The notes under the pieces: model-generated
The model's database searches: none
Seen by the model: the letters and a program-made list of their open reading frames with translations, nothing else
What the model was told of the DNA's origin: nothing
From: a virus
Reading direction: 5' to 3' (one strand)
IMG/VR virus record: IMGVR_UViG_3300045988_185035
DNA length: 64,000 bases
Program-made: the position numbers and the translations under genes
In this document: piece after piece, positions 35,251 to 43,232 of the stretch
How the letters are laid out: the number at the start of each line of letters is the position of its first letter
Position numbering within the stretch: position 1 is the first letter of the stretch

Positions 35251-36649
35251 TCTCTTCCCCTAACTCCCTATTTGTCTCCGCATCCCCCACCATATCTCTC
35301 AGCAATACAAACATAGCTCTCAACACAATGCCAGAGCCATGATAACGCCCAACGCGCTGGTACTTTTCAGAGTCGCAACAGTCATGCAGTATCGTTGCTT
35401 GCCCGAACGCGACAGCCGCATTAAGTGCCATCGCAATGGGCGTTCCAATGGCAAACTCGCCATCTGAAACCAATGCGAGCTTTGCAAGCCAGATATAGGA
35501 GCGGTAAACATAGAGTATCTCTTCCAGCAACATGCCGCTCCAATCGGAACCTGTGTCGTTCCCTTGGATGGTGACAATTACCTTCTTGAAGCCATCTTTC
35601 GCCTGCTTATACTTCCTATCGGCCGCATCCAGGCAAGCCATTTGGAACATTGCCTTGTAAGAGGAATCATCCAGTTGCAGAGCTTTCTGGAAGCATTGCA
35701 ATGCTCTCTCTCCGTCTGCATACATTTGTTTTTCGGACAGGCCGTATTGAAGGAATATCTCGGCCGTAAAAGGCATTGTCTCTTTGGAGGCGTGCTCTAT
35801 GGCATCACGCAGGTATGGTCTTGCATCAAGAGCAAATTGCGGCTGTCCTTCGCACAGTGCTGCTGCAAGGCGGTACATGGGCACGAAGCCGGGGGCTACG
35901 CGGTAGATTTTGTTCAGCTCCGAGAGCAGCTTCTCTACCGGTTCAAGAATCGAAAGCAGCCTTATTGTCAACGAGGTGTAAGTCTCCAACGCGGCTGTAA
36001 GCTCTCTTAGATGTCTCTGTGCGTTCACATAAGCGTACACGGAATAGATGCTCTGTGGCCCTACTCGACTTTGCTTTTCCAGCCCAATGAAGGAATCTGC
36101 CATCTCGTTAAGGAAGCTGTCTTCCGGCAACTTGTAATCACTCTTTAGGCTGAGAGCCTTTAGTTCGCTCATTTTCAGAACCTGAAACGTTCTCTTGATT
36201 TGCAAGTGCGCGAACATGTCAAATTGCCAGAAGGTCTCATTGATGTGCTGTAGACTCGCTACTGCCATCGCATCTCCTCGCCAAACGTGACGGATGATGT
36301 CATTAAGTGCTTCCTTCTCAAACTGCATCACAGAGGAACGGCTCTGTATAGCATCAGCACCATTGATAATTAGTTTCTGTTCCTTGATGCTGAAAGCGCA
36401 CCACAATTCATTCTCAGCCAGCTCTGCATCACCGGGATAGCGGTCAGTGAGAAACAGATACGCTGTCTGTTTATTTTCAGGATGCGCCAATATCTTATGT
36501 TGCTTTGACATGTCTTCGGCCGACATCCTGGTTGTTCTGACCAGGCAGCCAACGAAGGAAAAGAATGTTCTCAAGACTTCTTTTTCTGCTCCGGCTTGCG
36601 GTTCGTAGCAAATTTTGATAGCCATAATTGGCTTGATTGCATTGCTCAT
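35216..36649 (-). CDS. large hypothetical protein with TPR-like helical repeats (477 aa)
   Basis: Six-frame ORF; helical repeats (ALQCFQKALQLDDSSYKAMFQMA); overlaps the previous gene by 35 nt. Confidence 0.55.
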   Translation of the reverse strand: MSNAIKPIMAIKICYEPQAGAEKEVLRTFFSFVGCLVRTTRMSAEDMSKQHKILAHPENKQTAYLFLTDRYPGDAELAENELWCAFSIKEQKLIINGADAIQSRSSVMQFEKEALNDIIRHVWRGDAMAVASLQHINETFWQFDMFAHLQIKRTFQVLKMSELKALSLKSDYKLPEDSFLNEMADSFIGLEKQSRVGPQSIYSVYAYVNAQRHLRELTAALETYTSLTIRLLSILEPVEKLLSELNKIYRVAPGFVPMYRLAAALCEGQPQFALDARPYLRDAIEHASKETMPFTAEIFLQYGLSEKQMYADGERALQCFQKALQLDDSSYKAMFQMACLDAADRKYKQAKDGFKKVIVTIQGNDTGSDWSGMLLEEILYVYRSYIWLAKLALVSDGEFAIGTPIAMALNAAVAFGQATILHDCCDSEKYQRVGRYHGSGIVLRAMFVLLRDMVGDAETNRELGEEIENNIKCYGIK

Positions 36650-36667
36650 GATTGCTTTTTATAACAA

Positions 36668-36710
36668 GAAACGCACGCGTGCGTTCAAAATCACATGCGT
36701 GCGTTTTAAG
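36668..36710. promoter_or_regulatory. perfect 16-bp palindrome AACGCACGCGTGCGTT plus half-site repeat (ACATGCGTGCGTTTT)
   Basis: Intergenic between 36712-37329 and the start of 35216-36649; candidate operator or bidirectional terminator. Confidence 0.45.
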
Positions 36711-36711
36711 A

Positions 36712-37329
36712 TTATTTCGTTTCTTTCTTCGGATAGACACCGCTCGTTGTAGCCGTAAACAGCTTTTGGAAGATTGCTACAGCTACCAAGCAGAACCTCT
36801 CTGTTTTTGTTCTTCCTTCTACTTGCAGGCAGCCGCTTTCCTGAATTTGAAGCAGCGCCTTATAGATGGCTCCATAGATGGTCTTTCGGAGGTCTGCATC
36901 TTCTTTGAGTACAGCCACGATGTCTTTCGATGCCCAGGTGCAAACGCACATGAGTTCTGAAAATTTTTCGTCTTCTCCTTCAAAGGCCAGCTTCCCGCCG
37001 GGTGCGAAAGCTGCAAGTGCCAGTTTGTAAAGGTCCACGTCATCTTTCGGCGTTTTGAGTTTGTCAGACTCTTTTGTGGCATCCCATACTTTAAGGATGC
37101 CGTCAGCATATTTTGCCGACATGAAAGCAAGTCTGGTTCGCGTAAAATCGTTTGCCTTTACACGCTGCTCAGTTTCGGGATTGTAACAGGTCGTACTATC
37201 TACAATGTACTGCTGCTTCATCGTCGTCTCGATAGCTCGAACTGCAGGCATCAGACTTTTTGTATAGCTTTCAAGGGCTTGAAAGCCTTTATCCCCTTCG
37301 CTATTGCGATTCTTGTAATTGCACTTCAT
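36712..37329 (-). CDS. hypothetical protein (205 aa)
   Basis: Six-frame ORF. Confidence 0.55.
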   Translation of the reverse strand: MKCNYKNRNSEGDKGFQALESYTKSLMPAVRAIETTMKQQYIVDSTTCYNPETEQRVKANDFTRTRLAFMSAKYADGILKVWDATKESDKLKTPKDDVDLYKLALAAFAPGGKLAFEGEDEKFSELMCVCTWASKDIVAVLKEDADLRKTIYGAIYKALLQIQESGCLQVEGRTKTERFCLVAVAIFQKLFTATTSGVYPKKETK

Positions 37330-37340
37330 AGATGCCTCCG

Positions 37341-37952
37341 TTACGCAATAGAATTAACCATATCCAACTCCATACAGAAAACCACGAAGGCCAGGTTGGT
37401 GATTTTATCGGCATCCGTATCGAGATGCCCGACAAGTTCCTTGACCGCACCGCCGTCCTTGAGGCTCTTGGCCGCCTGGTAGATGAGCATGTAGGTGTTG
37501 ACGTAGATAGCCTGCTGTTTCACGCGGTCCTTGGTAATGTGCTCCGGCATGCAATCCTCGGACAGCGACTTAATGAGCGGATACCAGCAGGAAAGGTACA
37601 AAGCACCTCCCTCATCGTTCATCGCCTGCTGAATCTTGACCTGATACTTCGGGTAATTGCCATTCACGACCTCAATGAACTCGGTATCTTTGAACTCATC
37701 GCGGTGGCAGTGAAGCCACAGGATAGCGTTGGCAAGGTCCATGCAGATGAGCGCCAGCTTTTCGGCTTTGGCATCATCCAGTTTGACGGTATCGAAGCTG
37801 TCAGCATCGATGTCATACTGCTTGTAAATGTTCACCAGCTTGTAGCTATTCTCCCCTGCGCGTACCTTTGCCTTGATGAAGTCGGTAAAGTCGTGCGCCA
37901 GGGCCTCGTAGGCTTTCTGCTGCTCTTCGGCAATCGTATTCTGTTCGCTCAT
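37341..37952 (-). CDS. hypothetical protein, paralog of 39180-39791
   Basis: AAGGAGAACTCAAC-ATG; shares YKLVNIY, LKDGGAVKELV and DADKITNLAF with the paralog. Confidence 0.6.
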   Translation of the reverse strand: MSEQNTIAEEQQKAYEALAHDFTDFIKAKVRAGENSYKLVNIYKQYDIDADSFDTVKLDDAKAEKLALICMDLANAILWLHCHRDEFKDTEFIEVVNGNYPKYQVKIQQAMNDEGGALYLSCWYPLIKSLSEDCMPEHITKDRVKQQAIYVNTYMLIYQAAKSLKDGGAVKELVGHLDTDADKITNLAFVVFCMELDMVNSIA

Positions 37953-37966
37953 GTTGAGTTCTCCTT

Positions 37967-38410
37967 TTATCTTAATTTGGTCCTGATTTCTTCGAGCATC
38001 ATGCCCAGTTTGTTCTGACCGTGAACGCCCTTGCATCTGGGACACTGGCAATCCCCCCAATAGTTATCGTGCCAGCCGGTCGTGTCTTCGATAATGTGCC
38101 GGTCGCCTGTAGCGAGCAGTCGCTGTTTGAACTCTTCGTTCTGGTTGAACTTGGCATACAGCACCCGGCGCATCGCCTCGTCTCGAACTTCGTCCCAATC
38201 TGGAGGAAGTTGGACCCGGCGGCCGAGTCGCTTAGCCTCGTTCGGCATGAGACAGGCAAACTGGCGTCTCTCCTCCGGCGGGACCTTCTGGGCTTGGAAT
38301 GCTGCTTCCGCGTTGAGGTAGTAGATTCCATCCAGCACAAAGGAGCAAGGATAATAATTGCTCAGAAACCCGTAGGTCGGGTCGTCTTTCTTAAACCGCA
38401 GCAGATTCAA
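37967..38410 (-). CDS. NADAR-domain protein (YbiA-like; ADP-ribose/N-glycoside hydrolase family)
   Basis: LSNYYPCSFVLDGIYYLNAEAAFQAQK...AKRLGR...KFNQNEEFKQRLLATGDRHIIE...DNYWGDC matches the NADAR/YbiA signature; likely TTG start after GGAGG. Confidence 0.8.
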   Translation of the reverse strand: MNLLRFKKDDPTYGFLSNYYPCSFVLDGIYYLNAEAAFQAQKVPPEERRQFACLMPNEAKRLGRRVQLPPDWDEVRDEAMRRVLYAKFNQNEEFKQRLLATGDRHIIEDTTGWHDNYWGDCQCPRCKGVHGQNKLGMMLEEIRTKLR

Positions 38411-39053
38411 TGTGCATTCCCTCCATAACCCCGGCGGGCGTATTTTTGAGAACCTTGTAGCGCATCGTCGTAGCACCAAGCAGACCGTTGAAGACGGTCA
38501 CGGCGGTATGCACGAACAGAGGGTTCTGCAAGGTCATCTTGCCGTTTGTATCCCACTGGCCTTTGAGTTCAGCGGCCGCATCGTACACAACCATCATCAT
38601 GGCTTCATACATGTCGGACATCAGCTGTCGGTCGTACTTCTTCAAAGCATAGTAGCTTGGCAGGTTGTAAACGCGGCCGAGGAGCGGCTCGTCATACAAG
38701 GGCGAACCTTTCGCAACCATCGTATTGTAGACTTTGGGCCAGGCAGCTTCTTTCGGCTTGCCGGTGGTTGCCTGCATCTCGATGTTCTTGAAACCAGCCG
38801 TCATGTTGTACAGCACCATGAGCCGCTCGGCAAGCAAGACAGAAGATTCAGCCAGGTGCTTTGCTTCCTCATTGGTCATCGCAACCTGCATGGCCGTGCT
38901 GTCCGAGTCGTTGCCATAATAGAAATACTGCTTGCGCCCGGCGGCAGATTTCTGTACGAGCTTCTTTGCCAGCTGGCTCTCGATGTAATTGTAGATGTCG
39001 TTCTCCAACTCGCAGGTGATGCGCGTTGCGGTATAATGGATATTTTTGTTCAT
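38391..39053 (-). CDS. hypothetical protein, paralog of 31188-31787
   Basis: Six-frame ORF; preceded by the promoter motif and a leader hairpin. Confidence 0.6.
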   Translation of the reverse strand: MNKNIHYTATRITCELENDIYNYIESQLAKKLVQKSAAGRKQYFYYGNDSDSTAMQVAMTNEEAKHLAESSVLLAERLMVLYNMTAGFKNIEMQATTGKPKEAAWPKVYNTMVAKGSPLYDEPLLGRVYNLPSYYALKKYDRQLMSDMYEAMMMVVYDAAAELKGQWDTNGKMTLQNPLFVHTAVTVFNGLLGATTMRYKVLKNTPAGVMEGMHIESAAV

Positions 39054-39134
39054 GTAGTAGCCTCTTTCTGCATAGTAAAAAGAAAGAGCGGGCGAGCCGC
39101 TCTCCTCAAGACACTTATTTATCTTACGATTTTT

Positions 39135-39175
39135 ATTCTATGCAATTCGCACAGACACGCAAGGCGAAATAGCGA
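39135..39175 (-). promoter_or_regulatory. sigma70-like promoter TTGCGT-N16-TAGAAT with GTGCGAATTGCA spacer
   Basis: Minus strand CCTTGCGTGTCTGTGCGAATTGCATAGAAT. Confidence 0.5.
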
Positions 39176-39179
39176 CAGC

Positions 39180-39791
39180 TCACGGATTCATCTCGTATGC
39201 AATCAGCGCGTCATTGAAATACTTGAAAGCCAAGTTGCCGATTTTATCGGCGTCCTTCGGCAGCTTGTCCACCATGCGCTTAATAGAGCCGCCCGTCTTG
39301 AGAGACTTCATTGCAAGGTGAACATTCCAGTACATGTTGGTATACACCAACTGCCACTTCTTCTTATCGCCGACATAAGCATCCGGCATACAGTCTTCTG
39401 CCACAAGGCGGATAAGCATATCCCACGCATCCAGATAGAGCGGGCTTGTATTGTCGTTCAGCTTATGGATGATTTGCTTCAGATAGGAAGTGTAGTCTTC
39501 CCCGCTGATGTCAACGAGCCCGATGTCTGCGAACTTGTCGCGGAAGTAGTACAGCCAAAGTGTTGCTTTTGCAAGGTCGCAGCTGGCCGCAGCAAGCAGC
39601 TGAGCCTTTTCGTCCGGCAAAGTCACAATCTTGGCATCAGGGTCATCCAAGCCCTTCTCACCATAGAGATTGACCAGCTTGTACTGGTCTTTGCCGACTC
39701 TATCCTCTCTGCGGATAAACTCTTTGAAGTCTTCCACGAAGGCAATGTATGCCTGGACCTGTGGGTCGTTTTTCGGGTTGAACTCACTCAT
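39180..39791 (-). CDS. hypothetical protein, paralog of 37341-37952
   Basis: Six-frame ORF; paralog motifs as listed for 37341-37952. Confidence 0.6.
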   Translation of the reverse strand: MSEFNPKNDPQVQAYIAFVEDFKEFIRREDRVGKDQYKLVNLYGEKGLDDPDAKIVTLPDEKAQLLAAASCDLAKATLWLYYFRDKFADIGLVDISGEDYTSYLKQIIHKLNDNTSPLYLDAWDMLIRLVAEDCMPDAYVGDKKKWQLVYTNMYWNVHLAMKSLKTGGSIKRMVDKLPKDADKIGNLAFKYFNDALIAYEMNP

Positions 39792-39981
39792 GTGCGCTTC
39801 TCCTTTACTTTAGTCTACCTACAATGATACTCAATTCGAACGGATGAACAAGGAACCTTACGACATGTACATGGTTTCTTTAGAAATTGTTATCACGCTT
39901 TTAATAAACAGCGTCAAATCTCGCATTTTTGTATTCCATGTGTTATAAATGCAAGTAGAAAAGAAGGATGAGGCGTTTTTT

Positions 39982-40416
39982 ATGACACAAACTGATACTA
40001 AGACCCGTATCACTGGTTTTGGCTTTTACCTGGATGAAATCGAAAAGCTGATATTTTACATTTTCCTTGAGAATCATCATCAGACTATAGATGCAATGAC
40101 CGCTTCGGATAATGTTCGGGTGTTCCTTGACCGTATTTGTCTCGATAACGGCCGCATTAACTACGATGAAGCGGATAGGCTTTTGGCAAAGGATGACGAT
40201 TGTGCCTTGATGGGCGAATGCCTTACTGCTATCCTCAATTATGAGTTTGGAGAAGAGCTACTCTCTTGCCACTGTAGTGGTTCGACCGCCATGAACCGCC
40301 CGTGCCTTATACTTTCATCTGAAAAAGACCATGATGAGTCGGCTGCGGCGTATATGAAGAAAGCTACGAAGGAACTTCTCGTGGATTTTGAGCATGCGTG
40401 TCACTATATCCTGTAA
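39982..40416 (+). CDS. hypothetical Cys/His-rich protein (about 144 aa)
   Basis: One of few plus-strand genes; GGATGAGG 10 nt upstream of the ATG; followed by a bidirectional terminator. Confidence 0.5.
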   Translation: MTQTDTKTRITGFGFYLDEIEKLIFYIFLENHHQTIDAMTASDNVRVFLDRICLDNGRINYDEADRLLAKDDDCALMGECLTAILNYEFGEELLSCHCSGSTAMNRPCLILSSEKDHDESAAAYMKKATKELLVDFEHACHYIL

Positions 40417-40427
40417 AATAAAAAAGA

Positions 40428-40471
40428 AGGCTGCCACACCGGAGTTTGAGGTGACAGCCTATTTTTATTTT
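40428..40471. terminator. bidirectional rho-independent terminator
   Basis: AAAAAAGAAGGCTGCCAC...GTGACAGCCTATTTTTATTTT, with an A-tract and a T-tract flanking the hairpin. Confidence 0.65.
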
Positions 40472-40662
40472 GCTCGGCCATTGTAAAGCGCCGCAACCAT
40501 ATCCAATGCTTCTTCCAGTGATTTGCACTTGTAGCTGATGACGGTCCCGTTGCCCACGAGCATCGAGCCGCAGCGCCAGAAGGCTTTGCCATCGGAGGTA
40601 TAGATTGTGTTGCCATTAGATACTCGAAGCGTTACTCCGCTATTGGTTCTGATTTCATCCAT
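40465..40662 (-). CDS. small hypothetical protein (about 65 aa), tandem paralog
   Basis: AAGGAGACAAT-ATG; similar in size and Gly/Asn-rich beta-type composition to 40655-40855. Confidence 0.5.
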   Translation of the reverse strand: MDEIRTNSGVTLRVSNGNTIYTSDGKAFWRCGSMLVGNGTVISYKCKSLEEALDMVAALYNGRAK

Positions 40663-40855
40663 TGATTGTCTCCTTCCTGCCACCATACTTTGCAAGTACG
40701 ATTGCAACTGCGTCTTTCATGGTTGTGGCTTCTCCTTCGATTTCGCCATCACTCCGAATTAGGCGGCCATTGATGAACCAGTAGGATACATTATTGGAAG
40801 CAAAGATGACCGTACCATTGATACGAAGGCTGACGCCTGATTTCGTTTCAATCAT
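40655..40855 (-). CDS. small hypothetical protein (66 aa), tandem paralog
   Basis: GGGGAGGAGGCGTAATTTGT-ATG; overlaps the downstream paralog by 8 nt. Confidence 0.5.
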   Translation of the reverse strand: MIETKSGVSLRINGTVIFASNNVSYWFINGRLIRSDGEIEGEATTMKDAVAIVLAKYGGRKETING

Positions 40856-40876
40856 AACAAATTACGCCTCCTCCCC

Positions 40877-41056
40877 TTATAACTTTTTAGGAGTTGCTTT
40901 TGCTACAATACGTCCCGTTTCCGAAACATTGTGTTCCAACTGGAACGAATTGCGTTTATGACTAACAATAGCACTTGGTTTAGGTGTATAAGCTCTGACT
41001 CGATTGGCATTTGCTCTATTTAGCATTTCAAAGCATGTAGGGCAGATTTTATACAT
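40877..41056 (-). CDS. small CxxC protein (59 aa, MYKICPTCFEMLNRANANRVRAYTPKPSAIVSHK...), absent from the ORF track
   Basis: GGAGGTGAACC-ATG; start overlaps the stop codon of the upstream HNH gene. Confidence 0.4.
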   Translation of the reverse strand: MYKICPTCFEMLNRANANRVRAYTPKPSAIVSHKRNSFQLEHNVSETGRIVAKATPKKL

Positions 41057-41939
41057 GGTTCACCTCCAGGCATTCATTACAGACAGTGCGGTAATAATCT
41101 GCCGTAGGCTGTTCGCCTTTAGGAAGCGGCATGATGGGCTGGACATGAAGGCTCACACCCTCCGTCGGTGAGCGGCCGCAGAGAGTGCAGCGGAACCCAT
41201 CACGCTGCAGGACTGAGTGACGAAGCTCGGCAGATGCTGCTTTGCGAGCTGCTGCCCGTCTTTTCTTTTCTGCCTCGTGTTCCTTTGCAAGCCTGACAAA
41301 CTCCTTGGCCTCTGCCATAGAATATGTACGGGTCTCAGAGAGTGTTTTCCCTCTTGCCGGAGTATACTGCTTGACCACATGGAAGACAGGCTGTGTGACA
41401 GGTGTGCCATACACCGCATCGTTCACGAGCTTCTGTTCCCACTTGTGATAGATGCGGAACGGCACCCGGCGGCCGCAATCGTCATCTTTCTCCGTCCAGT
41501 TTGGCAGGCCTTCGAGTTCTTTTTTGTACATTCCAAACTGAATGTTGTTGCTATTGGCCCAGCCGAAGACCTCCTCAAATGCCGGAATTTTCTTCTGGAC
41601 AGTGCTCATAAAGAGCCGGTCAAAGGAGACATTTTGGTAGTTCTCCATCGTATCTTGAGGATACTCCAGCGTGATTTCCGCATCGACATCATAGAACACA
41701 TAGCCCTGATTGATTTCCAGCAGTCCTTCGAGGATATTACTTGTCTGCTTCACATTCTTCCTGGCGTGACGCGTGATAAAGAACCAGATGAGACCAACAA
41801 CGACCAGCAAGCCTGCTGCCATCAGAACAATATCCAATGACGTTATCATTGCCATTTGGTCTTCAAGCCAGAACGAGAACTCATCGGGCAGGTCAATCAG
41901 CCAGTCGTAAAAGTCAACCGGCTTTCCGTAGTTGTACAT
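41049..41939 (-). CDS. membrane-anchored HNH endonuclease
   Basis: N-terminal TM helix; C-terminal LQRDGFRCTLCGR...LHVQPI...CNEC HNH motif. Confidence 0.7.
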   Translation of the reverse strand: MYNYGKPVDFYDWLIDLPDEFSFWLEDQMAMITSLDIVLMAAGLLVVVGLIWFFITRHARKNVKQTSNILEGLLEINQGYVFYDVDAEITLEYPQDTMENYQNVSFDRLFMSTVQKKIPAFEEVFGWANSNNIQFGMYKKELEGLPNWTEKDDDCGRRVPFRIYHKWEQKLVNDAVYGTPVTQPVFHVVKQYTPARGKTLSETRTYSMAEAKEFVRLAKEHEAEKKRRAAARKAASAELRHSVLQRDGFRCTLCGRSPTEGVSLHVQPIMPLPKGEQPTADYYRTVCNECLEVNHV

Positions 41940-41952
41940 AAAAATGCCTCTT

Positions 41953-42624
41953 TCAATTCAGACCGTTTTCATCGTACTTGTTGCTCTTTCCAAGGTTACA
42001 GATGCTGCAAAGGGTCCGCAGGTTGGACGGCACAGTCTTTCCGCCTTTGGATACAGGTAAGATGTGGTCAACATGTAACGTGATGCCATCTTTCGGAGTG
42101 CGGCCGCAAAGCACACACTTAAAGCCATCGCGCTTCATAATGTCATATCGCAAGGACGGTGTCATGGCTTTCCGCTGGTATTCCTTGCTTTCCTTTTCTT
42201 TATCCTTCTGATAGGACTCGTTTATAAGAGTCTCAATCTCACTCGCGGTATAAACCTGGCTGTCCCCATAGTTTCGATGCCCCTGCGGTGAAGTATAGGT
42301 TTTGGCGCAGCGCAGGAGCAGTTCCGTTGTGGGAGTCGGACAGTTGCGTTCTTCTTTCTTGACTTCATCGCGTTCGAGTCTCGCATACATCTTTGAGCGC
42401 CATGTAGGCTCATAATCTTCTGTCTCGTCGAAGTACGGAGGCAAATCATCAAAATCATGGAGGTATTGGTTCATCAAGTTGGCATTTTCTCTTGTGAGCT
42501 GCAACAGCGTTTCAAATTCTTCTCGTTCCTTACTGACTTGCATAAAGACGTTCTTCTCGAAGTTAAAATGGTCATATTTCGGCTTTGTATCAAGTTGCCA
42601 TCTGCGAGTTACCATCCGGAACAT
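41953..42624 (-). CDS. HNH endonuclease domain protein (3' portion of a frameshifted paralog of 41049-41939)
   Basis: IMKRDGFKCVLCGRTPKDGITLHVDHILPVSKGG...NLRTLCSICN HNH motif; the N-terminal TM plus YTFYDV segment lies in ORF 42590-42874 in another frame. Confidence 0.6.
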   Translation of the reverse strand: MFRMVTRRWQLDTKPKYDHFNFEKNVFMQVSKEREEFETLLQLTRENANLMNQYLHDFDDLPPYFDETEDYEPTWRSKMYARLERDEVKKEERNCPTPTTELLLRCAKTYTSPQGHRNYGDSQVYTASEIETLINESYQKDKEKESKEYQRKAMTPSLRYDIMKRDGFKCVLCGRTPKDGITLHVDHILPVSKGGKTVPSNLRTLCSICNLGKSNKYDENGLN

Positions 42625-42874
42625 CGTAGAAGGTATATTTTCCGTTCAGCTCAATCAGTGCATGAAGCCGCGTACTGGTAGTAAGGACCAGCTGCTGCAT
42701 CTTGTTTTCATAAACCAAGTACCAGATGAATCCAAGAAGGAATACGATAGAAACTGTGAGCAGCAAAAGAAACATTGGGAAAGTCATGGGTGAAAGTCCT
42801 TTATACAAATATAGATAGAATTCGATATACGATACCAACGGCAACAAGCATAAGCACCGGAATCCAGCTGCCAA
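42590..42874 (-). pseudogene. 5' portion (TM helix plus LIELNGKYTFYDV) of the frameshifted HNH paralog
   Basis: Aligns to the N-terminal region of 41049-41939 (LEINQGYVFYDVD); the frame breaks after FYDV. Confidence 0.45.
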
Positions 42875-43232
42875 GTGTCAGAGGCTGGTCTTCTCTACAG
42901 CAGAATGCTTTCTTCGGGTTGCCGCTCGGAAAATAGAACATCCTGGCTTCCGGGTAATCATCTTGCTTACGGCGCTTTTTGTAGATTCTGCCTTCAAACT
43001 CGAATTGATATACGACAGAATAGTTGTAGTTCTTATAGGCGGGTTCACTGGAGTCATACGGCAAGTCCCGGATTTTGACAGGCGTTGCCATAGCATAGTA
43101 ACCTTTATCTTTTGCTGCCTGAACCTGCTTTTCGTAAGTGTTGAACCAGTGAGGATGCTTGGCTACAGGGATACCGATACAGATGATGACAATGAAGGTT
43201 GAGATGGCAAACAGAGCAATGTTCACGGCCAA
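42801..43232 (-). CDS. membrane protein (143 aa)
   Basis: Hydrophobic N- and C-terminal segments. Confidence 0.5.
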   Translation of the reverse strand: MAVNIALFAISTFIVIICIGIPVAKHPHWFNTYEKQVQAAKDKGYYAMATPVKIRDLPYDSSEPAYKNYNYSVVYQFEFEGRIYKKRRKQDDYPEARMFYFPSGNPKKAFCCREDQPLTLGSWIPVLMLVAVGIVYRILSIFV

